Shown here: in pieces, positions 18,093-28,317 of the stretch
Numbering within the stretch: position 1 is the first letter of the stretch
Layout of the letters: every line of letters begins with the position of its first letter
Origin: an uncultured Gemmatimonadales bacterium
Lineage (GTDB): Bacteria; Gemmatimonadota; Gemmatimonadetes; Gemmatimonadales; GWC2-71-9
Direction of reading: 5' to 3'
Assembly: GCA_963825055.1 (NCBI GenBank)
Contig: CAWGSK010000009.1
Location: forward strand, 192,001-256,000
DNA: 64,000 nt
Notes under the pieces: generated by a model
Database searches by the model: none
Told to the model about the DNA's origin: nothing
Seen by the model: only the letters and a program-made list of their open reading frames with translations
Position numbers and translations under genes: made by a program

Positions 18093-19177
18093 GCCTCTCC
18101 CCCTCTCCCGGACGATTCCCGGGGCGCCGGAGCCAACGGCGTGCGCAGTGCCTGCCCGGCCATCTCGTCCGCTACCCGGTGCGGGGGACGTCCCTCCGTC
18201 GAGGCCCGCTGCAGGAGGTCGAGCACCCGCGGACCGATTGCCTCCACCGCCTTCCGGGCCTCCCCGGGATCGTAGTGCCCGGCCAGTTCGCCGGCGCCGT
18301 TGATGATGCCCCCGGCGTTGATCACGTAGTCGGGCACATAGAGAATGTCCCGCTCCCACAGCGCGTCGCCATGCCGATCCAGGGCGAGCTGGTTGTTGGC
18401 GGCGCCGGCGACGATGCCGACGCGCAGTCGCGGGATGGTCTCGTCATCCAGGATCCCTCCCAGGGCACAGGGAGCGAAGATATCGCCCTCGGCATCGTAC
18501 ACCTGGTCCGTCCTCACCACATCGCAGCCGAGTTCCTTTGCCAGCCCCTGCACGCGAGCGGTGTCGGGATCGGCCAGCGTCACGCGGGCGCCGTCCTCAT
18601 GCAGCATGCGGCAGAGCTCGCTTCCCACGGCGCCCGTGCCCTGCACCATCACGCGGAGTCCCTCCAGGGACGACCGGCCCAGGCGATGCTGCACGGCGGC
18701 GAGCATGGCGACGAACACCCCGCGGGCGGTGTGAGGTGAGGGATCGCCGCTCGCGGCGTCGCCTGAAAGCAGGCCGGTGACATGCCGGGTCCGCCGGCCC
18801 ATGATCTCCACGTCCGCCGAACCGATACCCACGTCCTCCGCCACGATGTAGCGGCCGCCCAGCCGTTCCACGAAGGCACCGAAGGCCTCCAGCAGGGCCT
18901 CCGTCTTCTCCCGTTTCGCGTCCCCGATGATGACCGACTTCCCTCCCCCGAACGGCAGGCCGGCCATGACGGACTTGTAGCTCATGCCGCGGGAAAGCCT
19001 GAGCACATCCTCGAGGGCTGCGTCGTCGGAGGCGTATGGCCACATGCGGCAGCCGCCGACGGCGGGGCCCCGGCTGGTGTCGTGGAGGGCAATGATGCCC
19101 CGGAGCCCGGTAGCGGGATCGTGGCAGAACACCACCATCTCGTGGTCGCGGAAGGCAGGGGCATTGAAAACCGTCAT
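18089..19177 (-). CDS. Leu/Phe/Val dehydrogenase
   Basis: GGCRM, LSRGMSYK, GGGKSV, AEDVG, GDPS, PCALG, GAANNQL, PDYVINAGG. Confidence 0.92.
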   Translation of the reverse strand: MTVFNAPAFRDHEMVVFCHDPATGLRGIIALHDTSRGPAVGGCRMWPYASDDAALEDVLRLSRGMSYKSVMAGLPFGGGKSVIIGDAKREKTEALLEAFGAFVERLGGRYIVAEDVGIGSADVEIMGRRTRHVTGLLSGDAASGDPSPHTARGVFVAMLAAVQHRLGRSSLEGLRVMVQGTGAVGSELCRMLHEDGARVTLADPDTARVQGLAKELGCDVVRTDQVYDAEGDIFAPCALGGILDDETIPRLRVGIVAGAANNQLALDRHGDALWERDILYVPDYVINAGGIINGAGELAGHYDPGEARKAVEAIGPRVLDLLQRASTEGRPPHRVADEMAGQALRTPLAPAPRESSGRGGEA

Positions 19178-19199
19178 GTCGGGTCCGTGCGAATCGTGA

Positions 19200-20558
19200 T
19201 CAGGCGCCCAGGACAGTGAGCCACAGCAGCCAGGCGTTGAGCCCCACGATGATAACCGCAACGAGCCACGCGAGCAGCTTGAGTACCGGCCCGTTCGCAA
19301 AGCCGCCCATCTTGGCCCGGTCACTCGTGAAGATGACGAGCGGAATCACGGCAAACGGGAGCTGGAGGCTCAGGATCACCTGACTCAGGATGAGCAGCTT
19401 CGTCGTGCCGGCGGCGCCGGAGATGGCCGTGACAATCACCGCGGGAATGATGGCGATCATCCGCGTGATCAGGCGCCGGAGCCAGGGAGGAAGGCGGATG
19501 TCCAGGAAGCCCTCCATCACGATCTGGCCGGCGAGGGTCCCCGTGATCGTGGAGTTCTGGCCCGACGCCAGGAGGGCCACCGCGAACAGGGTGCTGGCCA
19601 GGGTCGTCCCCAGCAGGGGGGCGAGCAGCTTGTGGGCTTCCGAGATGTCTTCCACGGCGTGCAGGCCGTTCGTGTGGAAGATTGCCGCGGACATGACAAG
19701 GATCGCGCCATTGATGAAGAAGGCGAAGAAGAGCGCCACCGTACTGTCGAACGTGGCATAGCGGATGCCTTCCCGCAGCGACGCCTCATCCTCGCCGAGC
19801 TTCCGGGTCTGCACCACCGCGGAGTGGAGGTAGAGGTTGTGGGGCATGACCGTGGCACCCAGGATCCCGATCGCGATGTACAGCATCCCCTGGTTCTTGA
19901 CGATCTCCGGCGTGGGGACGAGACCCCCGAGGAGCTCACCGAGGGCCGGCTGGGAGAGGACGAGCTCGACCCCGAAGCAGATCCCGATGACTGCGACCAG
20001 GGCGATCACGAAGGCCTCGAGATAACGGAAGCCCCTGTGCTGGAGCAGCAGGATCAGCAGGACATCGATCGCCGTCAGGCACACTCCCCACAGCAGGGGG
20101 ATACCGAACAGCAGGTTCAGGGCGATGGCGGAGCCGATGACCTCGGCCAGGTCGCACGCGCCAATCGCGATCTCGCAGAGTATCCAGAGAAAGAAGCTGA
20201 AGGGCCGGCTGTAATGATCGCGGCAGGCCTGGGCGAGGTCCCGGCCAGTCACGAGTCCGAGCCTCACGGTCAGGGCCTGGAGCAGCATCGCCATCAGGTT
20301 GGACAGGAGGATGACACTGAGCAGCGCGTAACCGAACTGCGCCCCGCCGGCGAGATCGGTTGCCCAGTTGCCGGGGTCCATGTACCCCACCGCCACGAGA
20401 TAGCCGGGTCCGGCAAAGGCCAGAAGCTTCCGGAAGACCCCTGCTCCGGCAGGGACGGTGATCGTCTGGAAGGACTCCGGCAGGGACGGAGCGCGGCGGG
20501 GGAACCGCCAGCCGCGTCCGGACGGCAGGATCATCCCGGCCGGTGCGCTGTCACTCAC
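19200..20558 (-). CDS. mntH: Nramp Mn2+/Fe2+ transporter
   Basis: [37 protein letters not shown] start inferred. Confidence 0.95.
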   Translation of the reverse strand: MSDSAPAGMILPSGRGWRFPRRAPSLPESFQTITVPAGAGVFRKLLAFAGPGYLVAVGYMDPGNWATDLAGGAQFGYALLSVILLSNLMAMLLQALTVRLGLVTGRDLAQACRDHYSRPFSFFLWILCEIAIGACDLAEVIGSAIALNLLFGIPLLWGVCLTAIDVLLILLLQHRGFRYLEAFVIALVAVIGICFGVELVLSQPALGELLGGLVPTPEIVKNQGMLYIAIGILGATVMPHNLYLHSAVVQTRKLGEDEASLREGIRYATFDSTVALFFAFFINGAILVMSAAIFHTNGLHAVEDISEAHKLLAPLLGTTLASTLFAVALLASGQNSTITGTLAGQIVMEGFLDIRLPPWLRRLITRMIAIIPAVIVTAISGAAGTTKLLILSQVILSLQLPFAVIPLVIFTSDRAKMGGFANGPVLKLLAWLVAVIIVGLNAWLLWLTVLGA

Positions 20559-21246
20559 CCGGGTCCTCCCCGGGACTGGCGCAGAGCACGAGTTCGGCGA
20601 TCTCATGGCCGATCACGCGCTCACTTCCCTCCACCTCGAGCCTGATGGGGCCCTGGAAAGGCTGGCGTTCGAGCAGCCGGACCTGCGCGCCGGGCGTGAG
20701 GCCCTGCTCAGCGAGATAGCGGAGGTGACCCGAGTCGCTCGAGTCGACCCGGCGGATCGTCACCCTGTCCCCTTCACGCACCCTGGCGAGCGGGACGTAT
20801 CGGACCTGCGCGATCGTGCCGTCCGCCTCAGGAATCGGGTCACCGTGGGGATCAAAGCGGGGATTGCCGAGCGCCCCCGCCATGCGATCAATCAGTTCAT
20901 CGCTGACGGCGTGTTCGAGCCGCTCCGCCTCCTCATGCACGGTATCCCAGTCATAACCGAGGCGGTCAACCAGGTAACTCTCGATGATGCGATGGCGGCG
21001 GAGCATCCGGAGGGCAATCAGACGGCCCTCGCTGGTCAGTTCCACCCCGCGGTAGGGGGAGTGGCGCACGAGGCCCTGTTCGGCGAGGCGCTTGATCATC
21101 CCGCTTACCGAGGGGGCTGACAGCTCAAGACCCCGGGCAATGTCAGTCGTGGCGGCAGGTCCACCGGCGGCGAGGCTGAGGCGGTAGATCGCCTTGAGAT
21201 AGTCCTCGACCGAGCGGGTCAGCAACTCCTGATGGGAAACGACCAA
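20551..21246 (-). CDS. mntR: DtxR/MntR family metal-dependent repressor with FeoA domain
   Basis: [31 protein letters not shown]-terminal FeoA-like domain; TTG start inferred. Confidence 0.9.
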   Translation of the reverse strand: MVVSHQELLTRSVEDYLKAIYRLSLAAGGPAATTDIARGLELSAPSVSGMIKRLAEQGLVRHSPYRGVELTSEGRLIALRMLRRHRIIESYLVDRLGYDWDTVHEEAERLEHAVSDELIDRMAGALGNPRFDPHGDPIPEADGTIAQVRYVPLARVREGDRVTIRRVDSSDSGHLRYLAEQGLTPGAQVRLLERQPFQGPIRLEVEGSERVIGHEIAELVLCASPGEDPGE

Positions 21247-21262
21247 AGCGCACCGCCATGAA

Positions 21263-21304
21263 TTAGGTGCGCCTAAACTATCAATGCGCCGCAACTAATG
21301 TCAA
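21263..21304 (-). promoter_or_regulatory. Sigma70 promoter with overlapping MntR/DtxR-type operator
   Basis: Palindrome TTAGG-TGCG-CCTAA at 21263-21276; on the minus strand TTGACA (21304-21299), then TGn-TAGTTT. Confidence 0.75.
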
Positions 21305-21349
21305 TGTTAGTCTGGATAAAATCGTGGAGTGCTCTGAAGCTGCTGCCGT

Positions 21350-21913
21350 TTACGCCAGCAGGTCAAACATGGAAGTGAGTACCCGCTCAGTCATTCCCCA
21401 GACTACGTTGTCATCATGGAGATATGCCGGCACGACGCGGGGCGTGCCGAGAACCTCGATGGTGACGTCCTGCCTGGTTCCACGGTGCCTGAGGTGCTCA
21501 ACCCCGGCCCACTGGGCGAAGGCGACCTCATGGTTCGGCCTGGGAGTCGGCCGAGCGTCGAGGCCGAAGACGAAGGGGCGCACCAGCATAGTGGTGAGGG
21601 ACCGGCTCCTCGGGGCGACGTCGGGCAGCTGCCCCAGAAGAGATTCCCGCGGCAGATGGAGGCCGACCTCCTCCTGCGTCTCACGAATGGCAGTTGTGAG
21701 TAAGTCCTCATCCGCTTCTTCGCGCCTTCCGCCGGGAAGCGCCATGTGCCCGGACCAGGGGTCTCCGAAACGCTCGGCACGACGAATGAGCAGGATGGAA
21801 TCGGGGTCGGGGCCAAGGATCAGGGCAACGGAGGCCAGTGTCGGCGCGGCCGGCTCGGATCCGGAACCAACCCGCTGGAGGGCACCGCGAACCTCGTCCT
21901 GAAACAAGCTCAA
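21350..21913 (-). CDS. Nudix CoA pyrophosphatase
   Basis: WSGHMALPGG, Nudix box TAIRETQEEVGL, VWGMT; TTGA overlap start inferred. Confidence 0.88.
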   Translation of the reverse strand: MSLFQDEVRGALQRVGSGSEPAAPTLASVALILGPDPDSILLIRRAERFGDPWSGHMALPGGRREEADEDLLTTAIRETQEEVGLHLPRESLLGQLPDVAPRSRSLTTMLVRPFVFGLDARPTPRPNHEVAFAQWAGVEHLRHRGTRQDVTIEVLGTPRVVPAYLHDDNVVWGMTERVLTSMFDLLA

Positions 21914-22122
21914 TGGCAGGAACACCCCCCTGAACAGCCTCCCGGGGGGCCGAGGCCGCTCACGTCGGGCATCCGGTTCGCCCCGGCCGTGGGCGCGGGA
22001 GCGGAGAGGAGCCGTTCGACCTCCCGGGTCCCGCAACCGGGACATTCCGGCTCCTGCCCGGCACGGACCAGGGTTTCGAACTGCCGGCCGCAGCCGGGAC
22101 AGCGGAATTCATAAATGGGCAT
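21910..22122 (-). CDS. FmdB family zinc-ribbon protein
   Basis: MPIYEFRCxxC...FE...CPxCG, Cys-rich tail. Confidence 0.9.
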   Translation of the reverse strand: MPIYEFRCPGCGRQFETLVRAGQEPECPGCGTREVERLLSAPAPTAGANRMPDVSGLGPPGGCSGGCSCH

Positions 22123-22124
22123 GC

Positions 22125-22968
22125 TCAGCTCACGAGGTGCCGCGACAGGAACGAAACCGTGGCCTCGAACGCCTCGGTGACTTCGGGTCCGGCCCCCTTC
22201 CATGGATGGACGGCGTTGAATGTGTGACCGGCTCCGGAAATCACCAGCAGGCTGGTCGATTCCCGGCTGCTGGCCGCCAGGAGGGCCCGGGCATCGTCCA
22301 GCCCGACCGTCTCGTCCTCCGCTCCGTGAACAATGAGCCAGGGCACCTCGATCCCCGCCGCCGCCTTGAGGATGTTCAGGCGGCCCTCCCCGTCTTTCTC
22401 GATATCGTCCAGCACATCCGTCAGCAGCGGGAAGACCTGGCCCGTACGACTGTTCTGGATGTTCACGTGGCCCCTGCGGCGCCAGGCGGCTTTCGCCTCG
22501 TCTGACCAGCGATCTACGGTGGCGATCGCGGACCAGGTCACCAGCGCACGCACCCGGTCGTCACTTGAGGTCTGGAGAACGGCCATCCCACCGCCGCGGC
22601 TGTGGCCAACCAGCGGCGATCGCCGTCGGGGCCGGCACACCGAGCTCCCCCGCGGCCAGGGAGGAGATCACCCGGTCCACGTCCACCAGCTCGGCGGAAT
22701 AGGTGTTCCGGCCGAAGTGCTCCTCCCGAGTGAAGTCGCCGGCATCGTCCGCACCCGATCCGCTCATGTTGAACGACACTGCCGTCATGCCCGCCTTCGC
22801 GATCCGCTCGGCGAGCGGCGGGAACATGCCCCAGTCCTTGAATCCCTTGAAGCCGTGAACGATGACGACGGCCGGACGCGGCGCCGTGCGCCCCCCAGCC
22901 CTGACGTCGATGATGACCGGACCGAGTGCGCCCGGAATCTCGTGCTTGCTCAGTGTCGGTGTGGCCAT
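22125..22968 (-). CDS. Alpha/beta hydrolase, frameshifted near 22615
   Basis: HGFKGFKDWG in one frame; GHSRGG nucleophile, HG-x-x-D and GAGH in another; one extra base separates them. Confidence 0.85.
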
Positions 22969-22976
22969 GGTTCCTT

Positions 22977-23053
22977 TCAGGCGGTCAGGCGGTCAGGCGG
23001 TCAGGTGGTCAGGCGGTCGGGCGGTCGGGACGATACCCGATACCCCATACCCC
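22977..23053. repeat. 8-bp tandem repeat (TCAGGCGG) about x6.5, followed by 7-bp (CGATACC) about x3
   Basis: Read directly; fills the whole intergenic gap. Confidence 0.9.
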
Positions 23054-24001
23054 TCACACCACCGCCCCCTCCACGATCTCGACCTCCCCCGCCGTCGCAT
23101 CCAACCGGACCCGGGCGCCGATCGGGAGCGTCCACTGGTCGTCGATGTGCCCGATGGGAAAACCGTAGGCGACCGGAACATCGAGGGGGGTGAAGTAGGT
23201 GGCCAGAACCTCGTCGAAGCCGAGCGCCCCGTCGCCCGTGCTCCGGTCGAGGTCCGTGAACCGTCCCACGATGACCCCCCTGAGGCGGGAGAGCGCCCCG
23301 GCCATTCGCAGGTGGGCCAGCATCCGGTCGACCGAGTAGAGGTCTTCGCCCACATCCTCGATGAACAGGATTGCCCCGTCGAAATCGGGGGCGTAGCGGG
23401 TTCCGATCAGGCATTGCAGGAGGCTCAGGTTTCCCCCCACCAGGTGCCCCTCCGCGGTGCCGGGAACGAGCGTCACGATCCGGGGCTCCTTCGGGACCAG
23501 GACATCCGCCGGCGGGGCGATGCGGCCGAGCTGGCCCGCCTCCGCGGTACTCGTGAGGACGCGGTCGAAGTGCCAGCGGCTGAACGGGGTCAGGCTGGAA
23601 CGGCTCATCGGACCGTGGAACGTGACCACGCCTGTGGTCCGGGTCACTGCATTGAGCAGGGCTGTGATATCACTGTAACCGATGATGACGCGTGGCCTGC
23701 GGCTCACCGCCTGGAAATCGACCGCATCGAGAATGCGCGTCATGCCGTAACCGCCACGGAGGCACCAGACCGCGTCTATCGAAGGACTGCCGAGCGCCCA
23801 GTTCAGGTCTTCCACCCGCTCCTCGTCGGTGCCCGCCAGGTAGCCGTACCGGCTTCCGGCGTGCGGTGTGAGGACCGCCTCGTACCCCAGCGCCTGGCAG
23901 AGCTCCACGCCGCGGGTCAGGTCATCCTGCTCCAGGAGGGGGCCGGCGGGTGCCACGAGGGCGATACGACTCCCCGAACGCAGCTTTGGCGGACGTACCA
24001 T
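23054..24001 (-). CDS. ldcA: LD-carboxypeptidase (peptidase S66)
   Basis: RGGYG, GYSDIT (catalytic Ser), GGNL, EDVGE, GH. Confidence 0.92.
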   Translation of the reverse strand: MVRPPKLRSGSRIALVAPAGPLLEQDDLTRGVELCQALGYEAVLTPHAGSRYGYLAGTDEERVEDLNWALGSPSIDAVWCLRGGYGMTRILDAVDFQAVSRRPRVIIGYSDITALLNAVTRTTGVVTFHGPMSRSSLTPFSRWHFDRVLTSTAEAGQLGRIAPPADVLVPKEPRIVTLVPGTAEGHLVGGNLSLLQCLIGTRYAPDFDGAILFIEDVGEDLYSVDRMLAHLRMAGALSRLRGVIVGRFTDLDRSTGDGALGFDEVLATYFTPLDVPVAYGFPIGHIDDQWTLPIGARVRLDATAGEVEIVEGAVV

Positions 24002-24108
24002 GCGCTTTGACCCCATCAACACTCCCGGGTAAATTGACCACTCCCTACTTCCGCCGGAGAACCGACCTGAGCGTCTCCCAACCTGCCCTGCTCGCGACGG
24101 GCCGAACG

Positions 24109-24624
24109 ATGCTCCGCCAGCGTGACACCATGGTGCAGCAGTGGGCCGACTGGCTCGATGGGCGGATCAGTGCCCGTAATGCCATCCCCCGCACACTCGT
24201 GGAGCGGGAACTCCGGCTGCTCATCAACGTCATGGCCCAGACCGTAGGCCCACTCCGCCGCGAGGCGTTGCCTGTCTGGCACCGCGCCTGCGAGCACTAC
24301 GGCCGGGTGGCCGCGGCCCGCGGACTGGCCGCCGGGGAAGTCGTCGAGGAGCTTCAATTTCTGCGGGAGCTCCTGATCCGCAACCTCTCGACCGTGCTCG
24401 CCTCGCTCCGCGCCCGGCAGGGCATGGCCACCATGCTCCGGCTGAACCGGGTCCTGGATGGTGGCATCGCCGTGGCCGTGGTCGGCTACACCGACGCCCT
24501 CGTCGCCACGCTCTTCGCCCAGAATGGCGTCCCCTCGGCGGATTTCGACCTCGACCCCGGCGAAGTGGGCCGGCAGCTCGAGGCTATTGAACAGGAACTC
24601 GCCCCGATGGTCGCGGCGCTCTAG
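24109..24624 (+). CDS. Hypothetical all-alpha protein, RsbRD_N-like
   Basis: W..W, H-x-G..AARG..AGEVVEE..LRE pattern; start uncertain and may lie ~40 nt upstream. Confidence 0.55.
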   Translation: MLRQRDTMVQQWADWLDGRISARNAIPRTLVERELRLLINVMAQTVGPLRREALPVWHRACEHYGRVAAARGLAAGEVVEELQFLRELLIRNLSTVLASLRARQGMATMLRLNRVLDGGIAVAVVGYTDALVATLFAQNGVPSADFDLDPGEVGRQLEAIEQELAPMVAAL

Positions 24625-24638
24625 CGCCGACTCCGACC

Positions 24639-25796
24639 ATGGTCGACCTCCCCTCCGCCCTGGGCCTCCTCTGGCTCCTCCCGTTCATCCCGCTGGCACG
24701 GCTGATCCGCCGGGAGCCGAGCCTGGAGAAGGTCGCGCCCGCGCAGGGGCACCTCGTCAGCATCATCGTGCCCGCCCGGAACGAGGCCGCCGGCATCGCG
24801 GACGTGATCGAATCCATCCTGGCCAGCACCTACGAGCCCTTCGAGTTGATCGTCGTCGACGATCGCTCCACGGATGATACTGCCGCGCAGGTCGAGGCGC
24901 TTGCCGCGGGCGACGACCGGCTCCGTCTCGTACACGGGGCCGAACTCCCGAAGGGCTGGTATGGGAAGCCATGGGCGTGTTTCCAGGGATACCTGGAAGC
25001 CCGGGGCGAGGCGCTGCTCTTCACTGATGCCGACACCCGCCACGCGCCGGGTCTCCTGGGGCGCGCCGTCGGCGCCCTGCTGAAGGAACGGGCATCCCTG
25101 GTGACTGTGGCCCCCCGGCAGCGCTGCGTGTCCTTCTGGGAGCGTGTGGTGATGCCGCAGATCTGGGTACTCCTGGCCCTCCGGTATCCGCCGCGCCGGG
25201 TCAATCGCGCCACCCGGGCCCGTGACGTGATCGCCAACGGCCAGTTCATCCTCGTCCGCCGGGCCGCCTACGAGCGGGTGGGCACGCACGCGGCGGTCCG
25301 CGCGAGCGTGGCGGAGGACCTGGCCCTGGCCCAGCTTTTCCTGCGCCAGGGGCTCCGCATTCACTTTGCCTTTGCGCAGACCCTGATGGAGACGCGGATG
25401 TATCGGGGGCTGCGACACCTGATCGAGGGATGGTCGAAGAACGTGTACCTCGGCGGGCGCGCTTCGTTCCCAGACGAGCCCGGCGCACGGGCCCTGGTGC
25501 CGCTCATTCTCTCCGTGGCAGGCCTCTTCTGGCTGCTTCCTCTGGCAGGGCTCGCGATCGGGAGCCTCGCGCACGCCGGGGGACTGCTCGTCCCCTCGGC
25601 GATCGCCACCCTGGCCGCCGCCGTGTTCTGGTTCCTGTTTACCTTCGGCATGGGCATCCCCGCGCGATACGGCCTGCTCTACCCGCTGGGCGCCTCCATC
25701 ATGCTCTACATTGTCCTCCGGTCCACCTGGCGCGGCCGGCACCACGTGGAATGGAAGGGACGGGTGTACGACGTCGAGAGTACCGCCCAGGCCTGA
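24639..25796 (+). CDS. GT2 membrane glycosyltransferase (CrtQ/CruC/HpnB-like)
   Basis: PARNE, DDRSTD, GKPWAC, TDAD, NGQF, AEDL, terminal WKGR. Confidence 0.88.
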   Translation: MVDLPSALGLLWLLPFIPLARLIRREPSLEKVAPAQGHLVSIIVPARNEAAGIADVIESILASTYEPFELIVVDDRSTDDTAAQVEALAAGDDRLRLVHGAELPKGWYGKPWACFQGYLEARGEALLFTDADTRHAPGLLGRAVGALLKERASLVTVAPRQRCVSFWERVVMPQIWVLLALRYPPRRVNRATRARDVIANGQFILVRRAAYERVGTHAAVRASVAEDLALAQLFLRQGLRIHFAFAQTLMETRMYRGLRHLIEGWSKNVYLGGRASFPDEPGARALVPLILSVAGLFWLLPLAGLAIGSLAHAGGLLVPSAIATLAAAVFWFLFTFGMGIPARYGLLYPLGASIMLYIVLRSTWRGRHHVEWKGRVYDVESTAQA

Positions 25797-25819
25797 CCCA
25801 TACCCCCGCAGGAGATGCC

Positions 25820-26071
25820 ATGAAGATCACGCTGACCCCGGAGATGCTGGATGCGCTCGAGCGAGCGACGGACCGCCCCGACTGGCTGACGGAACGGATC
25901 GGGCAGATACGGGCGGGCGGGGAGCCCTATGTGCTGCCGCTGGCCACCGAGGAGAGTACGGCGGTGGAGGAACTGTGCGCGATGAACATCCGCTTCGACG
26001 ATAGCGGCAATGTCCGCGCCGAGCACCAGCCGCTGGAAGACCTCTCCCTGCGCATCATGGAGGAGTACTGA
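25820..26071 (+). CDS. Hypothetical protein (83 aa)
   Basis: AGGAG RBS before the ATG; protein-like composition. Confidence 0.65.
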   Translation: MKITLTPEMLDALERATDRPDWLTERIGQIRAGGEPYVLPLATEESTAVEELCAMNIRFDDSGNVRAEHQPLEDLSLRIMEEY

Positions 26072-26072
26072 G

Positions 26073-28175
26073 TCAGGCGGGCGGCGCGGCGTCGAGCACG
26101 TCGCGCACCTTCCGCGCGAGGTCGTCGAACGTCCACGGCTTGGGCAGGAAGGGAATGTCCTCCGCCACGGAAACGCCGGCCCACGCCGCGTCCGAAACCG
26201 AATAGCCGCTCGTCAGCAGGATTCTTCCCCGCCAGCCCCCGTCACGCAGCAGCTCCAGGAACTTCCCGCCCGACAGCTTCGGCAGCACGACGTCCGCCAG
26301 GACGAGGTTGACACGGGTGCCCTCGGACTTCATGATGGCCACGGCTTCCTCTCCGTCGCGCGCCAGCAGGACGTCATACCCCAGACGCCGCAGAATCCGG
26401 TCGGCCGCGCGGCGCAGCGCGGGTTCGTCCTCCACCAGCAGGATGGTCTCATGGCCGCCGCTGCTCCGGCTCTCCGGTCCGGGAGGCGGCGTGGCCACCT
26501 GGCTCTCGGACGACGTCGCGAGCGGCATGTACACGGTTACGGTGGTCCCACGCCCTATCTCGCTCTCCAGTTCCACGAAACCACCCTGCTGGCGGGAGAG
26601 ACCGTACACCATCGCCATGCCGAGACCGGTGCCCTCCCCTGCGCTCTTGGTCGTATAGAACGGCTCGAACACCCGGGCCTGGGCATCTGCCGCCATTCCG
26701 ACACCCGAGTCCTGCACGAGGAGGGCGACATGCTCCCCCGGGATACGCCAGGTGTGGGCCGGGTCGGGCGCGATGTGACGGCGTTCCAGGGTCACCCCCA
26801 GCGTCCCCCCAACCGGCATGGCGTCGCGCGCGTTGGTGCAGAGATTGATGACGATCTGCTCGAACGCGACGGGGTCGGTCATGACCACTGCCCCGCCGCT
26901 CCGGTCGGTCACGCGCAACTCCAGGTGCTCCGGCAGCAGCCGCCTGAGGGTGGGTTCCAGGTCGGCCAGCAGGGCCCCGGGGTGGTGCGGCGCGGGGGAG
27001 AGGCGGGCATGACGGCTGAAGCCCAGGAGCTTCCGGATCATCGACGCGCCGCGGCGGGCGGCCCCCTGCAATTCGCTGAGGTCCTCGCGGGATCCTGCCT
27101 GGTTGGGCTCGAGCGCGGAGGCAATCAGGTCGGCGTTGGCCTGGATGATAGTGAGGATGTTGTTCAGGTCGTGCGCGATGCCGCCGGTGAGCTGGCCCAC
27201 GGCCTCCATCTTCTGGGACTGCCTGAGCTGGTTCTCCATCCGCCGCCGCTCGCTCACGTCGCGGATGATGGCCTGCATGGACCCGTCCCCCAGCAGTGAG
27301 GCATGGACCTCGACGTACAGGGGGGTCCCATCCCGCCGGTGAATCTCCCGTTCGATCAGCAGGCGACCCTGCTCCCGCAGCACATGGTAGGTGACCGGGT
27401 GCTCCCCGGGCTTGCCCTCGGGGAGCAGGTCCAGGAGCGCCATGCCGGAAAGTTCTTCGGCGGAATAGCCGAACATCTCGACCGTCCGCCGGTTTGCCTC
27501 CTGGATCCGTCCATCCCGGTCGGCCAGGATGATCGTGTCCGACACTTCTTCCATGAGCTGCCGGTACCGTCGCTTGGAGTTCTCGAGGCCCCGCTCGGCT
27601 TCCCGGCGGTTCGTGATGTCGTGGATCAGTGAGACAGTGTGGTTCCTGCCGCCGAGGTCCAGGGGGGTGGAGTGCACCTCGACGTCCCGCTCTTCACCGG
27701 CGGCCGTGGTGTGGCGGAGGTGGATGTGCTGGCGGCGTTCCCGGAGGGCGAGCTCCTGTTCGGCCCGGAGCGACGCCTCGTCCATGGCAACGATCTCGCG
27801 CAGCGGCCGGCCGACCAGCTGCCCCCGGTTCCAGCCGTAGAAGCGTTCGGCGGCGGGATTGGCATCCACGATGGCCTGGCTGGCATGGTCCACCACCAGG
27901 ATCGCCACGGACGTGCGCTCGAAGAGCTGCCGGTAGCGCGCCTCGGCGGAGGAGATCTCGTGCTCCTTCGCCGCAGCTTCCGTGCGGCCCATCCGGGCCA
28001 TCCAGAGGAGGAGCAGCGCGGACACCACCACGAACGCCACGCCCTTGATGGTCTGGAGCCGGGTCATGGACTCGGTGGTGAGCCCCGGGACCAGCCGGAC
28101 CAGAATGCGGTCGCTGAAGAAGATGTAGACCGAGCCCGCCAGGAAGTAGAGCAATGCTACGCTTCCGGGGCTCAT
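26073..28175 (-). CDS. Membrane hybrid histidine kinase (2 TM-PAS-PAS-HisKA-HATPase-REC)
   Basis: GGIAHDLNN, NARDAMP, DSGVGM, GTGLG, LLVEDE...DVVLP...KPW; start uncertain. Confidence 0.92.
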   Translation of the reverse strand: MSPGSVALLYFLAGSVYIFFSDRILVRLVPGLTTESMTRLQTIKGVAFVVVSALLLLWMARMGRTEAAAKEHEISSAEARYRQLFERTSVAILVVDHASQAIVDANPAAERFYGWNRGQLVGRPLREIVAMDEASLRAEQELALRERRQHIHLRHTTAAGEERDVEVHSTPLDLGGRNHTVSLIHDITNRREAERGLENSKRRYRQLMEEVSDTIILADRDGRIQEANRRTVEMFGYSAEELSGMALLDLLPEGKPGEHPVTYHVLREQGRLLIEREIHRRDGTPLYVEVHASLLGDGSMQAIIRDVSERRRMENQLRQSQKMEAVGQLTGGIAHDLNNILTIIQANADLIASALEPNQAGSREDLSELQGAARRGASMIRKLLGFSRHARLSPAPHHPGALLADLEPTLRRLLPEHLELRVTDRSGGAVVMTDPVAFEQIVINLCTNARDAMPVGGTLGVTLERRHIAPDPAHTWRIPGEHVALLVQDSGVGMAADAQARVFEPFYTTKSAGEGTGLGMAMVYGLSRQQGGFVELESEIGRGTTVTVYMPLATSSESQVATPPPGPESRSSGGHETILLVEDEPALRRAADRILRRLGYDVLLARDGEEAVAIMKSEGTRVNLVLADVVLPKLSGGKFLELLRDGGWRGRILLTSGYSVSDAAWAGVSVAEDIPFLPKPWTFDDLARKVRDVLDAAPPA

Positions 28176-28317
28176 CAAGTGCTGACTGCGTCGGGGCACG
28201 GATACTCCGCCAAAGGGGGCAGGGCCGTGGGCGGCCCGGTAACAGTCTGCTGCTTTTTGGTCCCACGTCAACAGGCAGCCGGCCACATCCTCGTCGGGAA
28301 TCCTTCCCGGGGCGGCG

